This document shows positions 27,542 through 37,182 of a stretch of DNA of 64,000 bases, piece after piece. Every line of letters starts with the position of its first letter. The first letter of the stretch is position 1. Source of the stretch: Candidatus Kerfeldbacteria bacterium (GTDB lineage: Bacteria; Patescibacteriota; Patescibacteriia; UBA10025; JAHIVO01); contig JACROE010000002.1 in the NCBI GenBank assembly GCA_016214565.1, forward strand, positions 984,007-1,048,006, given 5' to 3'. The notes beneath the pieces are model-generated. The model saw nothing but the letters and a program-made list of their open reading frames with translations. It was not told the DNA's origin and made no database searches. Both the position numbers and the translations under genes were made by a program.

Positions 27542-27545
27542 TACG

Positions 27546-28079
27546 TTACACGCGAGGATTTAAACGAAAACGATGAACTACATGTCGGCCTACTAGAAGC
27601 GACAACGCGTGAATACAAACAATTAACGCTACATGCACGCTGAGCTGAACGCACAGAGAAATTATATAATCACTATTAATACTTGATCTGAACTCGCGCC
27701 AATTGACTAAATAAAAAAACTCGGTTAAACCCCAAATAAACAAATGGTACATAATGGTGCTGACAATCATCATTAAAATGATCGCGTACATTGATTTGCG
27801 AGCAAACAAACTTCGAAAAGCGTAAAACATTACCACAAGCGGCACCACCATAGCGAGCGTATACGTTCCAGCCGTTGAACTTGAATACATATCAAATATA
27901 AGCCCAGCACCAGCGGCAAAAATAAAGCCACGTTCGTAGTGGGATTGAATAATCAAGTATACTGAAATCAGCAATGGCAGATTGATATAGTTTCTACTAA
28001 AGTCAAAATTCCCGAAAAAGCTTATTGAAAAAACTGCGGTTAATATTATGGCTACCGCAAAGAAGCTATTCTTGAGCAT
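27546..28079 (-). CDS. mreD: Rod shape-determining protein MreD-like
   Basis: Multi-TM protein, GLIFD motif, synteny mreC-X-mrdA. Confidence 0.75.
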   Translation of the reverse strand: MLKNSFFAVAIILTAVFSISFFGNFDFSRNYINLPLLISVYLIIQSHYERGFIFAAGAGLIFDMYSSSTAGTYTLAMVVPLVVMFYAFRSLFARKSMYAIILMMIVSTIMYHLFIWGLTEFFYLVNWREFRSSINSDYIISLCVQLSVHVALIVCIHALSLLVGRHVVHRFRLNPRV

Positions 28080-28887
28080 AGGCTGGTGTGATGATACTTA
28101 CAACACGAACAGTCTGATAATCAATCAAGGGTTCAATGGTCGCCTCTTGAAATAATTGCCCGTCTTGCTTACGTACTTCGGAAATTTTACCAATAAGTAG
28201 ATCGGAAGGTATTGATTCTTCAAGACCGGAAGTAATGACTAAATCTCCAATCGAAATTGTGTCACTTTGGGGAATTAACTGCATAATTAACGAAAGGCCA
28301 AACTGTCCCTTCAAAATTCCCGGACTTCGTGCATCATTGCTAACAATAACGCTGAGTTCACTTTGATTATCATTGAGTAATAAAACTTTTGAAATAGATC
28401 GATTAGTGTCAATTACTCTACCATACAAAATCCCACTCCCGGTTATTACGGGGTTGCCAATTTTGATGCCATCAGCATCACCCTTATTTATAATAACAGT
28501 TCTGAGGTATTCATCCGATGCACGGCCGATAATCTTCCCGTTGACCGTTTGTATATCGTTCGAATTAATAAATTCTAGCTGTTCTCGTATATCATCGGCG
28601 TCATCAATTGTGTTCTGTAGCTTTAAATTCTTATTTGTAAGAGCCGCAATTTCTTCGCGTAGCTGTTCATTGTCCTTTTGTAGATTCTCTAAATTAGTAA
28701 AATACGTAGAAATATTTTGTATTTTTAAAGAAGAGGTAACTAAAAATTCTTGAATCGGTCTCAATGCGGTCGAAACAATATTTTCCACGGGACGCAGTAC
28801 TCCAAGCCGCTGCGTGGTAATTAGCAAGCCGATGCTGATAACCGCCACGGTAATGATACCGAGGCGTGATTTAAGTAAAAACTTCAT
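28066..28887 (-). CDS. mreC: Rod shape-determining protein MreC
   Basis: TM, coiled coil, INKG..DGIK.G.PVI, VITSGL. Confidence 0.93.
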   Translation of the reverse strand: MKFLLKSRLGIITVAVISIGLLITTQRLGVLRPVENIVSTALRPIQEFLVTSSLKIQNISTYFTNLENLQKDNEQLREEIAALTNKNLKLQNTIDDADDIREQLEFINSNDIQTVNGKIIGRASDEYLRTVIINKGDADGIKIGNPVITGSGILYGRVIDTNRSISKVLLLNDNQSELSVIVSNDARSPGILKGQFGLSLIMQLIPQSDTISIGDLVITSGLEESIPSDLLIGKISEVRKQDGQLFQEATIEPLIDYQTVRVVSIITPAYAQE

Positions 28888-28889
28888 AT

Positions 28890-29951
28890 TTAGCTGGTCA
28901 AAACGCTATTTGAACTGTCGTTCGACAGGACGTCTTTCAAATTTTCCAAATCATCTAGTACAATGCCAGCGCCACGCGCAACAGCAGTTAATGGATCATC
29001 GGTAATGTGAACGGGAATCTTCGTTTCTTGATGAATCAGCGCATCTAGACCACGCAATAAAGCGCCACCGCCAGATAGAACTATCCCCCGTTCAAAAATA
29101 TCAGCCACCAGCTCTGGAGGGGTAATTTCAATCGTTGTTTTAATTCCTTCGAGAATCTGGCGCAAGGATCTATTTATTGCCTCACGGACATGATTGCTAT
29201 TGATAACAACCTCTTTTGGTAAGCCAGTGATTAGATCACGTCCGCGCATGGTGGTTTCTTGTGGCTCATCTGAGGGAAGCGCTGATCCAATCAAAATTTT
29301 GATACTTTCGGCAGTACGTTCGCCAAGCAATAAATTAAAATGATCTCTCGCATATTGAATTATATTTTGATCAAGCTCGTCTCCTGCGGTACGTAAGGAT
29401 TTCCAAGTAACTACGCCACCCAACGAAATCACGGCTATTTCAGTCGTTCCGCCGCCAATATCGACAACCATGTTCCCCGATGCGTCCTGTATGGGAAGGC
29501 GTGATCCGATTGCGGCAGCCATGGGTTCCTCGATTAAGAATGCTTCACGGGCGCCTGCATTGAGACAAGCGTCCTCTACAGCTTTTCGCTCAACTTCAGT
29601 CACACCAAGCGGAATGCCAATTACAATGCGCGGTCGCGGCAATACTGAGAAACTTTCACGATGCACCTTGTCAATAAAGTACTTAAGCATTTTTTCCGTT
29701 ACTTCAAAATCAGATATGACGCCATCGACAAGCGGTCGTGACGCAACAATGTGTGCCGGAGTTTTTCCGATCATTTTTTGCGCCTCAATTCCAACGGCTA
29801 AAATCTGATCGTTGCGTGTATTAATTGCAACAACCGAGGGCTCATTGATAACGATCCCGCGGTCTCGTACATAGACCAGGGTATTTGCCGTACCCAGGTC
29901 AATGCCCATATCCTTTGAAAAGCGTCCTAAAAAGCCATCTATAATACTCAT
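28890..29951 (-). CDS. mreB: Actin-like protein MreB
   Basis: GIDLGTANT, EEPMAAAIG, DIGGGTTE. Confidence 0.97.
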   Translation of the reverse strand: MSIIDGFLGRFSKDMGIDLGTANTLVYVRDRGIVINEPSVVAINTRNDQILAVGIEAQKMIGKTPAHIVASRPLVDGVISDFEVTEKMLKYFIDKVHRESFSVLPRPRIVIGIPLGVTEVERKAVEDACLNAGAREAFLIEEPMAAAIGSRLPIQDASGNMVVDIGGGTTEIAVISLGGVVTWKSLRTAGDELDQNIIQYARDHFNLLLGERTAESIKILIGSALPSDEPQETTMRGRDLITGLPKEVVINSNHVREAINRSLRQILEGIKTTIEITPPELVADIFERGIVLSGGGALLRGLDALIHQETKIPVHITDDPLTAVARGAGIVLDDLENLKDVLSNDSSNSVLTS

Positions 29952-31183
29952 ACGTAATGTCGTTCAATCTCTTTAATTGCTGATGATACACTCATTAAAC
30001 TTCCCTGGCGAGTTCCGCGGTGACTTAATTCGACCTGTTGAGCGGTCTTTTTTGAAATGACTAATCGAATAGGGATGCCTATTAAATCAGCATCGCCAAA
30101 TTTAACACCAGCACTTTCATCGCGGTCATCATAAAGTACCTCGATATGTTGATCGAGTAGTTGGTTGTATACCGTGTCAGCCGTGGCTCCCGATTCCTGA
30201 TTTAAATTAACTAAATGTACTTGAAATGGTGCCAGCTGTCGTGGCCAATAAATTCCCTTATCATCATGTCTCACTTCCACCACAGCGCCCATCAGTCGCC
30301 CCAAGCCAATTCCATAACATCCCATAACGACCAATTGCTTTGTACCACTTTCCGATGTGTATGATAAATCAAATTTTTCTGAAAATTTTGTCTTTAGTGG
30401 AAAAATATTACCCACTTCAATCGCAGTGTGTTTTGCAAACGTACGACCGTTACACTCCGGACAGGCCTGATATTTTGTTATTAGTTCATCGTTAATTGCC
30501 ACACCGCATTTTTCACATACATGAATGGTATCTTCTCCGGCTGATGTTATCGTTTGAAATTCATGAGAAAATTCTGAAAAAGTCCCGCCTGATGCAAACG
30601 TATAATGAGTTAAATGACCGATTCCGGCTCGCATAAATATACGTTCATACGCTTGACGCATTCGATCATAGTACTTCAATAAATCCTCCTCGGTTGTATG
30701 AAATGAGTATAAATCTTTCATCATAAATTCTCGTCCACGTAAAATGCCAGATTTCGCGCGCAGTTCATTTCGAAACTTTGTTTGAATCTGGTATAAATGT
30801 CGGGGTAAGTCTTTATATGATTGAATATACTTTTTAAACAAAGGGACTATAACTTCCTCATGGCTTTGTCCTAAAACTAATTTCTTGCCATTGGCCATTT
30901 CGAGATGAAAGAGAACGTCAATGTCTGCGCGGCCAGTTTGCTGATAGTTTTCCAAAGGATGCAGGGCTGGCATAAATAGTTCTTGCCCACCAGCCAAATC
31001 CATTTCTTCCCGAATTATCTTTTCAATTTTTCTTAAAACCCTAAAACCAAGCGGTAAGTACGAATAAACACCGGCAAATAACTTAGAAATATAGCCGGCT
31101 TGTTCTAGGAGTTGGGCATTACGCGAAACTTCGTCTTTAGGCGCCGTTCGCGCTGTTTTTGGAAATAAAATAGATTGACGCAT
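29948..31183 (-). CDS. proS: Proline--tRNA ligase (short form without INS editing domain)
   Basis: YQIQTKFRNE.R, REFMMKDLYSF, MGCYGIG, C-terminal anticodon-binding domain. Confidence 0.95.
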   Translation of the reverse strand: MRQSILFPKTARTAPKDEVSRNAQLLEQAGYISKLFAGVYSYLPLGFRVLRKIEKIIREEMDLAGGQELFMPALHPLENYQQTGRADIDVLFHLEMANGKKLVLGQSHEEVIVPLFKKYIQSYKDLPRHLYQIQTKFRNELRAKSGILRGREFMMKDLYSFHTTEEDLLKYYDRMRQAYERIFMRAGIGHLTHYTFASGGTFSEFSHEFQTITSAGEDTIHVCEKCGVAINDELITKYQACPECNGRTFAKHTAIEVGNIFPLKTKFSEKFDLSYTSESGTKQLVVMGCYGIGLGRLMGAVVEVRHDDKGIYWPRQLAPFQVHLVNLNQESGATADTVYNQLLDQHIEVLYDDRDESAGVKFGDADLIGIPIRLVISKKTAQQVELSHRGTRQGSLMSVSSAIKEIERHYV

Positions 31184-31187
31184 AGAA

Positions 31188-32351
31188 CTAAAAAATATTT
31201 CCGATTTTTTCGAAAATTGAAGTAAATCGATTTAAGTCTTTAAACGTAACAAAAACAACCAAAAGCATCAAAAGCATAAAACCAAGATTGTGAATTAGGG
31301 TTTCAGTTCGATGTTGAATTACTTTTCCACGAATTTTTTCAATAATGACAAAAAGGAGTCGACCACCATCCAGCGCGGGAAATGGAATCGCGTTTATGAT
31401 TGCCAAGTTTATAGATAATATAGCGGCAAACTGGAGTACGTAAATAAATCCAAGCTGTGCTACCTGTCCGGTCAGTGCCGCAACTCCAATTGGCCCAGCC
31501 ACATCAACCCCGGCGCTTTGACCAGTAAACAAACCAGCAATAATTATCCCAAAGGTGGCTATAATTTGCCAGAGCAGAGAAATAGTTGTTTGCAGGCCAA
31601 TCCAGGGTGCTATATACCAGGGATATGTGATAAAAGCGGTCTCGGCAAGTGCCGTTCCAATTGCGCCTTTTCCCTCTTCGTAGAGCGCTTCTGGCGTGAC
31701 TGGGTGAGTGGTAACTTCATCGCCGCGCCTCACGGTGATAGTCATCTCTTTCCCAAGCCGGGGCTGCGTGTATTCCTGAAATGCGCTGACCGATGCAACT
31801 TCTTGGTCATCAATCGAAAGCACAGTATCCCCTGCTTGTAATCCTGCCTGGGCCGCAGGCGTGTCATCATTTACTTGCACGATCTGTAACTGATCATTAC
31901 TGACACGAGCATATGATGGAAGCGACTCGTCAACAACACCCGGCAAGCCGATGCCTGCACCAATGCTTATTAAAACAAATGCAAATATTACGTTCATACT
32001 TACGCCAGCCATCAAAACAACTGCGCGTCGCCATGGTTTGTGAAACGAAAAGCTGTCAGCTTCATTTTTTTTATCCCCTTGCTCACCTTTAATACGGACA
32101 AATCCGCCAAGCGGAAACCAGTTTATCGAATATATTGTTGATCTTGGTTGATCGGATTCGGGAGTTTTTCGAAAAACTATTTTCCATGTTCCTACAGCGT
32201 TTTTATACAAACCAAAGGCTCGGGGTGGAAATCCAAAACCAAATTCATCTACAGCCATACCCATGCGACGAGCGGCCATAAAATGCCCCAATTCGTGCAC
32301 AAATACAAGTAGCCCTAAAATGACAACGAAAAGTATGATCGTCAGCAGCAT
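31188..32351 (-). CDS. rseP: RIP metalloprotease RseP (M50 + PDZ)
   Basis: HELGH, PFPALDGG, PDZ segment. Confidence 0.95.
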   Translation of the reverse strand: MLLTIILFVVILGLLVFVHELGHFMAARRMGMAVDEFGFGFPPRAFGLYKNAVGTWKIVFRKTPESDQPRSTIYSINWFPLGGFVRIKGEQGDKKNEADSFSFHKPWRRAVVLMAGVSMNVIFAFVLISIGAGIGLPGVVDESLPSYARVSNDQLQIVQVNDDTPAAQAGLQAGDTVLSIDDQEVASVSAFQEYTQPRLGKEMTITVRRGDEVTTHPVTPEALYEEGKGAIGTALAETAFITYPWYIAPWIGLQTTISLLWQIIATFGIIIAGLFTGQSAGVDVAGPIGVAALTGQVAQLGFIYVLQFAAILSINLAIINAIPFPALDGGRLLFVIIEKIRGKVIQHRTETLIHNLGFMLLMLLVVFVTFKDLNRFTSIFEKIGNIF

Positions 32352-32352
32352 A

Positions 32353-32910
32353 TTAAAGTGTCATGATTTCACGCTCTTTTTCTTCGCTCATCGATTTTAT
32401 CTCTGCATTATGCTCATCGATGACTTTCTGGAGCTCTTTTTGCTGCTTAAATAAGTCGTCTTCCGTTATAGAACCGTTCGCTTTTGCATCCTTTAATTCT
32501 TTCCAAATTGCTTCTCGTACAGTTCGGACAGAAATGTGGGCCATTTCAGCTTTCTCATGCACAATCTTCGCCAGCTCTTTTCGCCGGTCTTCAGTCAGCG
32601 GTGGAATCGGGATGCGAATTTGATGACCTTCGTTTACCGGATTAAAACCTAAATCAGAAGCGCGCAAAGTTTTTTCTATATCTTTGAGAGCGTTTTGATC
32701 CCACGGCTGCACAACAAGTGAGTGTGAGTCAGGAACGGTAATTGAGGCTATCTGGATAAGGGGGGTTTTCGTACCGTAATAATCGACAAGAAGTTGCTCA
32801 ATAACCGCTGGGTTGGCTCGACCAGTACGAATATTGCTCAACTCGTGCTTAAAGTGAGCCACCGCTTCGTCAAACTGATAATGTTGCTTTTCAATTATTG
32901 GAGATGTCAT
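32353..32910 (-). CDS. frr: Ribosome recycling factor
   Basis: IRTGRANP, PPLTEDRRKEL. Confidence 0.97.
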   Translation of the reverse strand: MTSPIIEKQHYQFDEAVAHFKHELSNIRTGRANPAVIEQLLVDYYGTKTPLIQIASITVPDSHSLVVQPWDQNALKDIEKTLRASDLGFNPVNEGHQIRIPIPPLTEDRRKELAKIVHEKAEMAHISVRTVREAIWKELKDAKANGSITEDDLFKQQKELQKVIDEHNAEIKSMSEEKEREIMTL

Positions 32911-32919
32911 ACATATTTG

Positions 32920-33978
32920 TTATTTTTTAGGGGGTTCTTGGGTACCAACGTAAATTGAATCGACAATTTCTGGATCATTAATCAAATAGTTTATTGAGCG
33001 GCTTGTGCCAACTGTTTTAATCGTTTTCCATGTTAGTCCGCCATCGTCAGTTTTGTGCAAAACGTTTTTAACGGCAAACACAATTCTATTTAGGTCATTG
33101 GGATGGTCAATGACAGCGACAATCGGCACTTTCTTAAAATCAAATAGAGTGGGTATTTCATTCCAAGTCGACCCGCCATCAGTAGAACGTAAAACACCAT
33201 ATGCCGTACCTAAAATAATATGTTCATTGCGTTGGTCAAAATTGAACCACAGTATCTTAAGTGCACCGGGAAAATTTTTCAAAGGATCAGTAATGATGTT
33301 CCATGTTTGCGCACCGTCAGTAGATTTGTAAATTCCTGACGAAGTTAAAGCGTATAATGTGTTTCCGCTTCGTTCACTGACGCGTAATTGAGTAATAGCT
33401 GGCATTGTCCAATCAAGCAATTTCCAGGTATTTCCGTAGTCAGTGCTTTTTAATATTCCACCATTGCTTGCAGCATACACTATCGGCGAATTAGTAGGAC
33501 TAACCTGAACTGAAACTAATTTTTGATCTGGTCGAGTTTCGGTATATATTTCACTCCAACGCACTCCTTCATCAACACTTTTCAAAATCTTCGTGCCTTG
33601 TGTCGCGTATAATACCGCGTTATTCCGATAATCTATTGATAAATCGACATAGCTACCTGTACTCAGACCGGTCGGCGTCCACTGTTCACCACGATTACTA
33701 CTAACATATATGCCGTTAGCTGACGATAGCAAATAGACCCGACTACGAGTTAACGGATCAAAAATCATTTTTTTTGTTCCGACTGAGGCAATTGTACGTA
33801 TGCCATTTTTCTCTTTATTTACAAATACCTTTTGCTTCCAATTCTCACCAAAATCGGTAGAAGCATAAAATCCGCCATCAGTTTGTGAAGTTTGTTTTTT
33901 GGTAATTGAACAGCCGGTTGCACCGATTGTTAATGCAGCAAGCAAAAGAAGAAGTATTGATCGGTAAATAAATCGCAT
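32920..33978 (-). CDS. Lipoprotein with BNR/Asp-box beta-propeller repeats
   Basis: Lipobox-like ATGC; seven S/T-x-D-x-G-x-x-W type repeats. Confidence 0.8.
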   Translation of the reverse strand: MRFIYRSILLLLLAALTIGATGCSITKKQTSQTDGGFYASTDFGENWKQKVFVNKEKNGIRTIASVGTKKMIFDPLTRSRVYLLSSANGIYVSSNRGEQWTPTGLSTGSYVDLSIDYRNNAVLYATQGTKILKSVDEGVRWSEIYTETRPDQKLVSVQVSPTNSPIVYAASNGGILKSTDYGNTWKLLDWTMPAITQLRVSERSGNTLYALTSSGIYKSTDGAQTWNIITDPLKNFPGALKILWFNFDQRNEHIILGTAYGVLRSTDGGSTWNEIPTLFDFKKVPIVAVIDHPNDLNRIVFAVKNVLHKTDDGGLTWKTIKTVGTSRSINYLINDPEIVDSIYVGTQEPPKK

Positions 33979-33980
33979 AG

Positions 33981-34916
33981 CTATATGCTTAATACGCAAT
34001 TTTCTAAAAGGACTTTACTTTGAAGTGGCATGTCGGACATATCAAATGCACGTGTCAGCGTTCGAGCTAGGTTGAGTATTCGTCCTCGTGAAATACGCGC
34101 GGATAACGATTCGAGTGTGGCTTCGGCATATATATTAATACGAGCGCGCTGATGATGTTGTATAAGCAAAATATCGCGTATAATGCCGAGCCATTGCTCA
34201 ATAATCAAGCGAGTCACTGCAGTACTGCTCTTGGCTGGTAACAAAGTCTGGACAGTCTGTAATCGCGCGTGTATTGGTTCCCCCATCAATGCGCACAATG
34301 CTCTTCCTCGTTCTTCCCATTCAGATAGACTAGACGGTTCGCTACTGTACTGAAAAGCAATGCCTGGCCGCCCTTGTGCCGCAGCTGCAATAATTCGTGC
34401 GGTTCCGGCTGATACGTTGATCGTGCGAAGCCAGTGCGCTATTTCGTCAGTCGCTACAGGAAGAAATTGAATCGCCAAACACCGTGAGCGAATAGTTTGG
34501 GGAATTCGTTCGGTTGAGTTGGTAATAAGAAAAAAACTGCAATTCGTGCGAGGTTCTTCTAGAACTTTCAATAATGCATTAGCAGACTCTTCTGTAAGTA
34601 AAGCTGCATCATCAATCAGTACCCAATATTTTCCGGAAAGGGGCCGTCGTGAAATGTCGGCTTGCAGCTCACGAATTTGATCTACACCAATTGTGGATTT
34701 TTCTTCGGCTGGGGTCAAGCTAAGAAAATCAAGTGACGATTGCTTCGGTATAGAATGCAAAATTTGATATAAACCAAATCGTTTTCCTACGTGCTCGGGG
34801 CCAGTCAATAAAATAGCATGTGGCTGGTCATGCGGTTGCGCAATGATTCTTGATACGTACAAAAACTGACTTTGGTTACCACAAATCCCACTCAATTCAA
34901 CGGGTGATTTTATCAT
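33981..34916 (-). CDS. holB: DNA polymerase III delta' subunit
   Basis: HAILLTGPEHVGK, SANALLKVLEEP, TIRSRC. Confidence 0.9.
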   Translation of the reverse strand: MIKSPVELSGICGNQSQFLYVSRIIAQPHDQPHAILLTGPEHVGKRFGLYQILHSIPKQSSLDFLSLTPAEEKSTIGVDQIRELQADISRRPLSGKYWVLIDDAALLTEESANALLKVLEEPRTNCSFFLITNSTERIPQTIRSRCLAIQFLPVATDEIAHWLRTINVSAGTARIIAAAAQGRPGIAFQYSSEPSSLSEWEERGRALCALMGEPIHARLQTVQTLLPAKSSTAVTRLIIEQWLGIIRDILLIQHHQRARINIYAEATLESLSARISRGRILNLARTLTRAFDMSDMPLQSKVLLENCVLSI

Positions 34917-34989
34917 AACATTTTCTATATAGGTGTATAAAAAAGTAACATAAAACAACCATTTTGGCAAGTCGAGAATGATGCCAATG

Positions 34990-36165
34990 TTATACCAATT
35001 CTTTAATGACTTTTAGGACTCCTGTGCCAGCGGTCCCCCAGCTAAATCGCTCGATTCGACGCGTTGCTTTCTTGGTAAGCTCGCTACGCAATGATTCATC
35101 AAAAGCGATTCGTTCCATTGCTTGTGCAATTAATTCAGCGTTTTGGGGGTCAACCGTAAGGGCGGCATCACCTACCACCTCAGCTGTAGCTCCGTGGCTC
35201 GAGGTCAGCACCGGCACTCCAGATGCCATAGCTTCCAGATTAGGAATTCCAAAACCTTCATACGCAGTCACAAAAATAAAAGCGTGTGCACTATTCATCA
35301 GTGTGGGCATTTCCTCGGTTGGCAACCACCCCAGTTGACGTATGTTACTTTTTACTGCGCTCTTCTGTATAACCTGATCTATTGATTCAAACCCATATCC
35401 GGGAGTTCCCGCTAAAACGAAGTCGAAATCACGGTGCTTCTTAGAAAATATTTCAAATCCTTTTACCATGTTGATAATATTTTTTTTCATTTCTATTCTG
35501 CCAATAAAAAGAAAAAACTTTCTATTCAGCTTATATTTGTCACAAAAAAACTTGCGGTTCTCTTCTGGTATCGGCGCATATTCTCGATTAAATCCGCAGG
35601 GTATAACCAAAATGCGAGTGGGGTCAACCGAATAATGGTGCGCAATTTCCATTTTTGAAAATTCGGAAACAGTAATAATTCGAGCTGCTTTGCGCAGAGC
35701 CACACGAGCAGACCACCGATGATACGATAATTCGTCCGATCGTATGGTATTAAAAGAAACTAGGCGCAGTGCATGATCGAGCCAGCGAGGACCAATCGTA
35801 TGCTGTGAGTATAATTCAGGAAAGAATTCAAATCCAATGTCATGCAATGTGGTGATTGTTTTACGGGGGCAAATTATAGGTATCGTGTGAGCGGGAACGA
35901 ACAAAACGTCCGGTGCATGCCAAAGCATTTCCCAGGCAAGCCGAAATTGCGTCCACATAAATTGCGGTGGCCAGCGAAGTATCCGAACTGAAACTTGCGA
36001 CGTGAAGGCAGGCCAGTCTGATACTAGTTTATCTTTTACGTACAAAATGACGCGATCCGTCGGTTCTAGTCGTCGTATTATTTCATTGATCACATGAAAC
36101 GCGTACCATTCAGTGCCCGTACGGCGCACCTGATTTGCACGCGATGCGTCAATCCCAATTACCAT
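34990..36165 (-). CDS. Glycosyltransferase family 4
   Basis: GRIEMKKN, YEGFGIPNLEAMASG. Confidence 0.92.
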   Translation of the reverse strand: MVIGIDASRANQVRRTGTEWYAFHVINEIIRRLEPTDRVILYVKDKLVSDWPAFTSQVSVRILRWPPQFMWTQFRLAWEMLWHAPDVLFVPAHTIPIICPRKTITTLHDIGFEFFPELYSQHTIGPRWLDHALRLVSFNTIRSDELSYHRWSARVALRKAARIITVSEFSKMEIAHHYSVDPTRILVIPCGFNREYAPIPEENRKFFCDKYKLNRKFFLFIGRIEMKKNIINMVKGFEIFSKKHRDFDFVLAGTPGYGFESIDQVIQKSAVKSNIRQLGWLPTEEMPTLMNSAHAFIFVTAYEGFGIPNLEAMASGVPVLTSSHGATAEVVGDAALTVDPQNAELIAQAMERIAFDESLRSELTKKATRRIERFSWGTAGTGVLKVIKELV

Positions 36166-37172
36166 TATTTTGTTGCGAGAATGCTCTTCTTATACGACTC
36201 AAGATTCTCTAGAGCAACGCCAGTTCCTTTAGCAACACATAACTGCGGTTCATCAGCCACAAATGCAGGGATGCCAATAGCCTGCGCAAAAAGCTTATCT
36301 AGATTACGCAGCTGCGCAGTTCCCCCGGAAAGAACCATCCCCTTATCCATAATGTCGGCTGAAAGTTCGGGCGGGGTGTTTTGTAAAACTGACTTGATGG
36401 CTTGAATCATTCCATTTAGCTCATCTTGAATTGCCTCAGTGACATCATTGCTTTCTACGGTTACCGTCTTTGGTAATCCTTGTATTGAATCTCGACCACG
36501 TATTTCCATATACATACTTTCAGCTAACGGTAGTGCCGAACCAATGGTTATCTTAAGATCTTCTGCCGTGCGCTCGCCAATTGCCAAATTGTATTTTCGA
36601 CGAATAAATTCTTGAATAGCTGCATCAAGCTTGGTCCCACCAATACGAACAGAGGAATTTGCAACAATGCCACCAAGTGAAATAACGGCTACTTCAGATG
36701 TTCCGCCGCCCATATCGACTATCATGTGGCCTGAAGCTGATCCAATAGGTATATTAGCGCCAATCGCTGCAGCAACTGGTTCTTTAATAATGTAGGCGGC
36801 TTTTGCCCCGGCTTGAAGAGTAGCTTCGATGACCGCTCGACGTTCAGTAGAAGTGATGCCGGCCGGTACCGCAATCATTATTTCTGGACGAAAAAAACGA
36901 ACGCCGCCGAGCGCTTTATTAATAAAGTATTTAATCATAGCCTCAGTCGTACGGTAGTCAGCAATAACTCCATCCTTAAGAGGCCGCGAAGCAACAATGG
37001 TATCGGGCGTTCTTCCGATCATTTCTTTAGCTTCAAGCCCGACAGCCATGACTTTTTTGTCAGTTAGCGAAATGGCAACCACGGAAGGCTCATTGATAAC
37101 AATACCTCGTCCTGGAATATGAACCAACGAACTGGTTGTGCCGAGGTCAATCGCTAATTTACGTGCAAACAT
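36165..37172 (-). CDS. mreB: Second MreB/Mbl paralogue
   Basis: AIDLGTT, KEPVAAAIG, DMGGGTSE. Confidence 0.93.
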   Translation of the reverse strand: MFARKLAIDLGTTSSLVHIPGRGIVINEPSVVAISLTDKKVMAVGLEAKEMIGRTPDTIVASRPLKDGVIADYRTTEAMIKYFINKALGGVRFFRPEIMIAVPAGITSTERRAVIEATLQAGAKAAYIIKEPVAAAIGANIPIGSASGHMIVDMGGGTSEVAVISLGGIVANSSVRIGGTKLDAAIQEFIRRKYNLAIGERTAEDLKITIGSALPLAESMYMEIRGRDSIQGLPKTVTVESNDVTEAIQDELNGMIQAIKSVLQNTPPELSADIMDKGMVLSGGTAQLRNLDKLFAQAIGIPAFVADEPQLCVAKGTGVALENLESYKKSILATK

Positions 37173-37182
37173 TGAAATTTGG

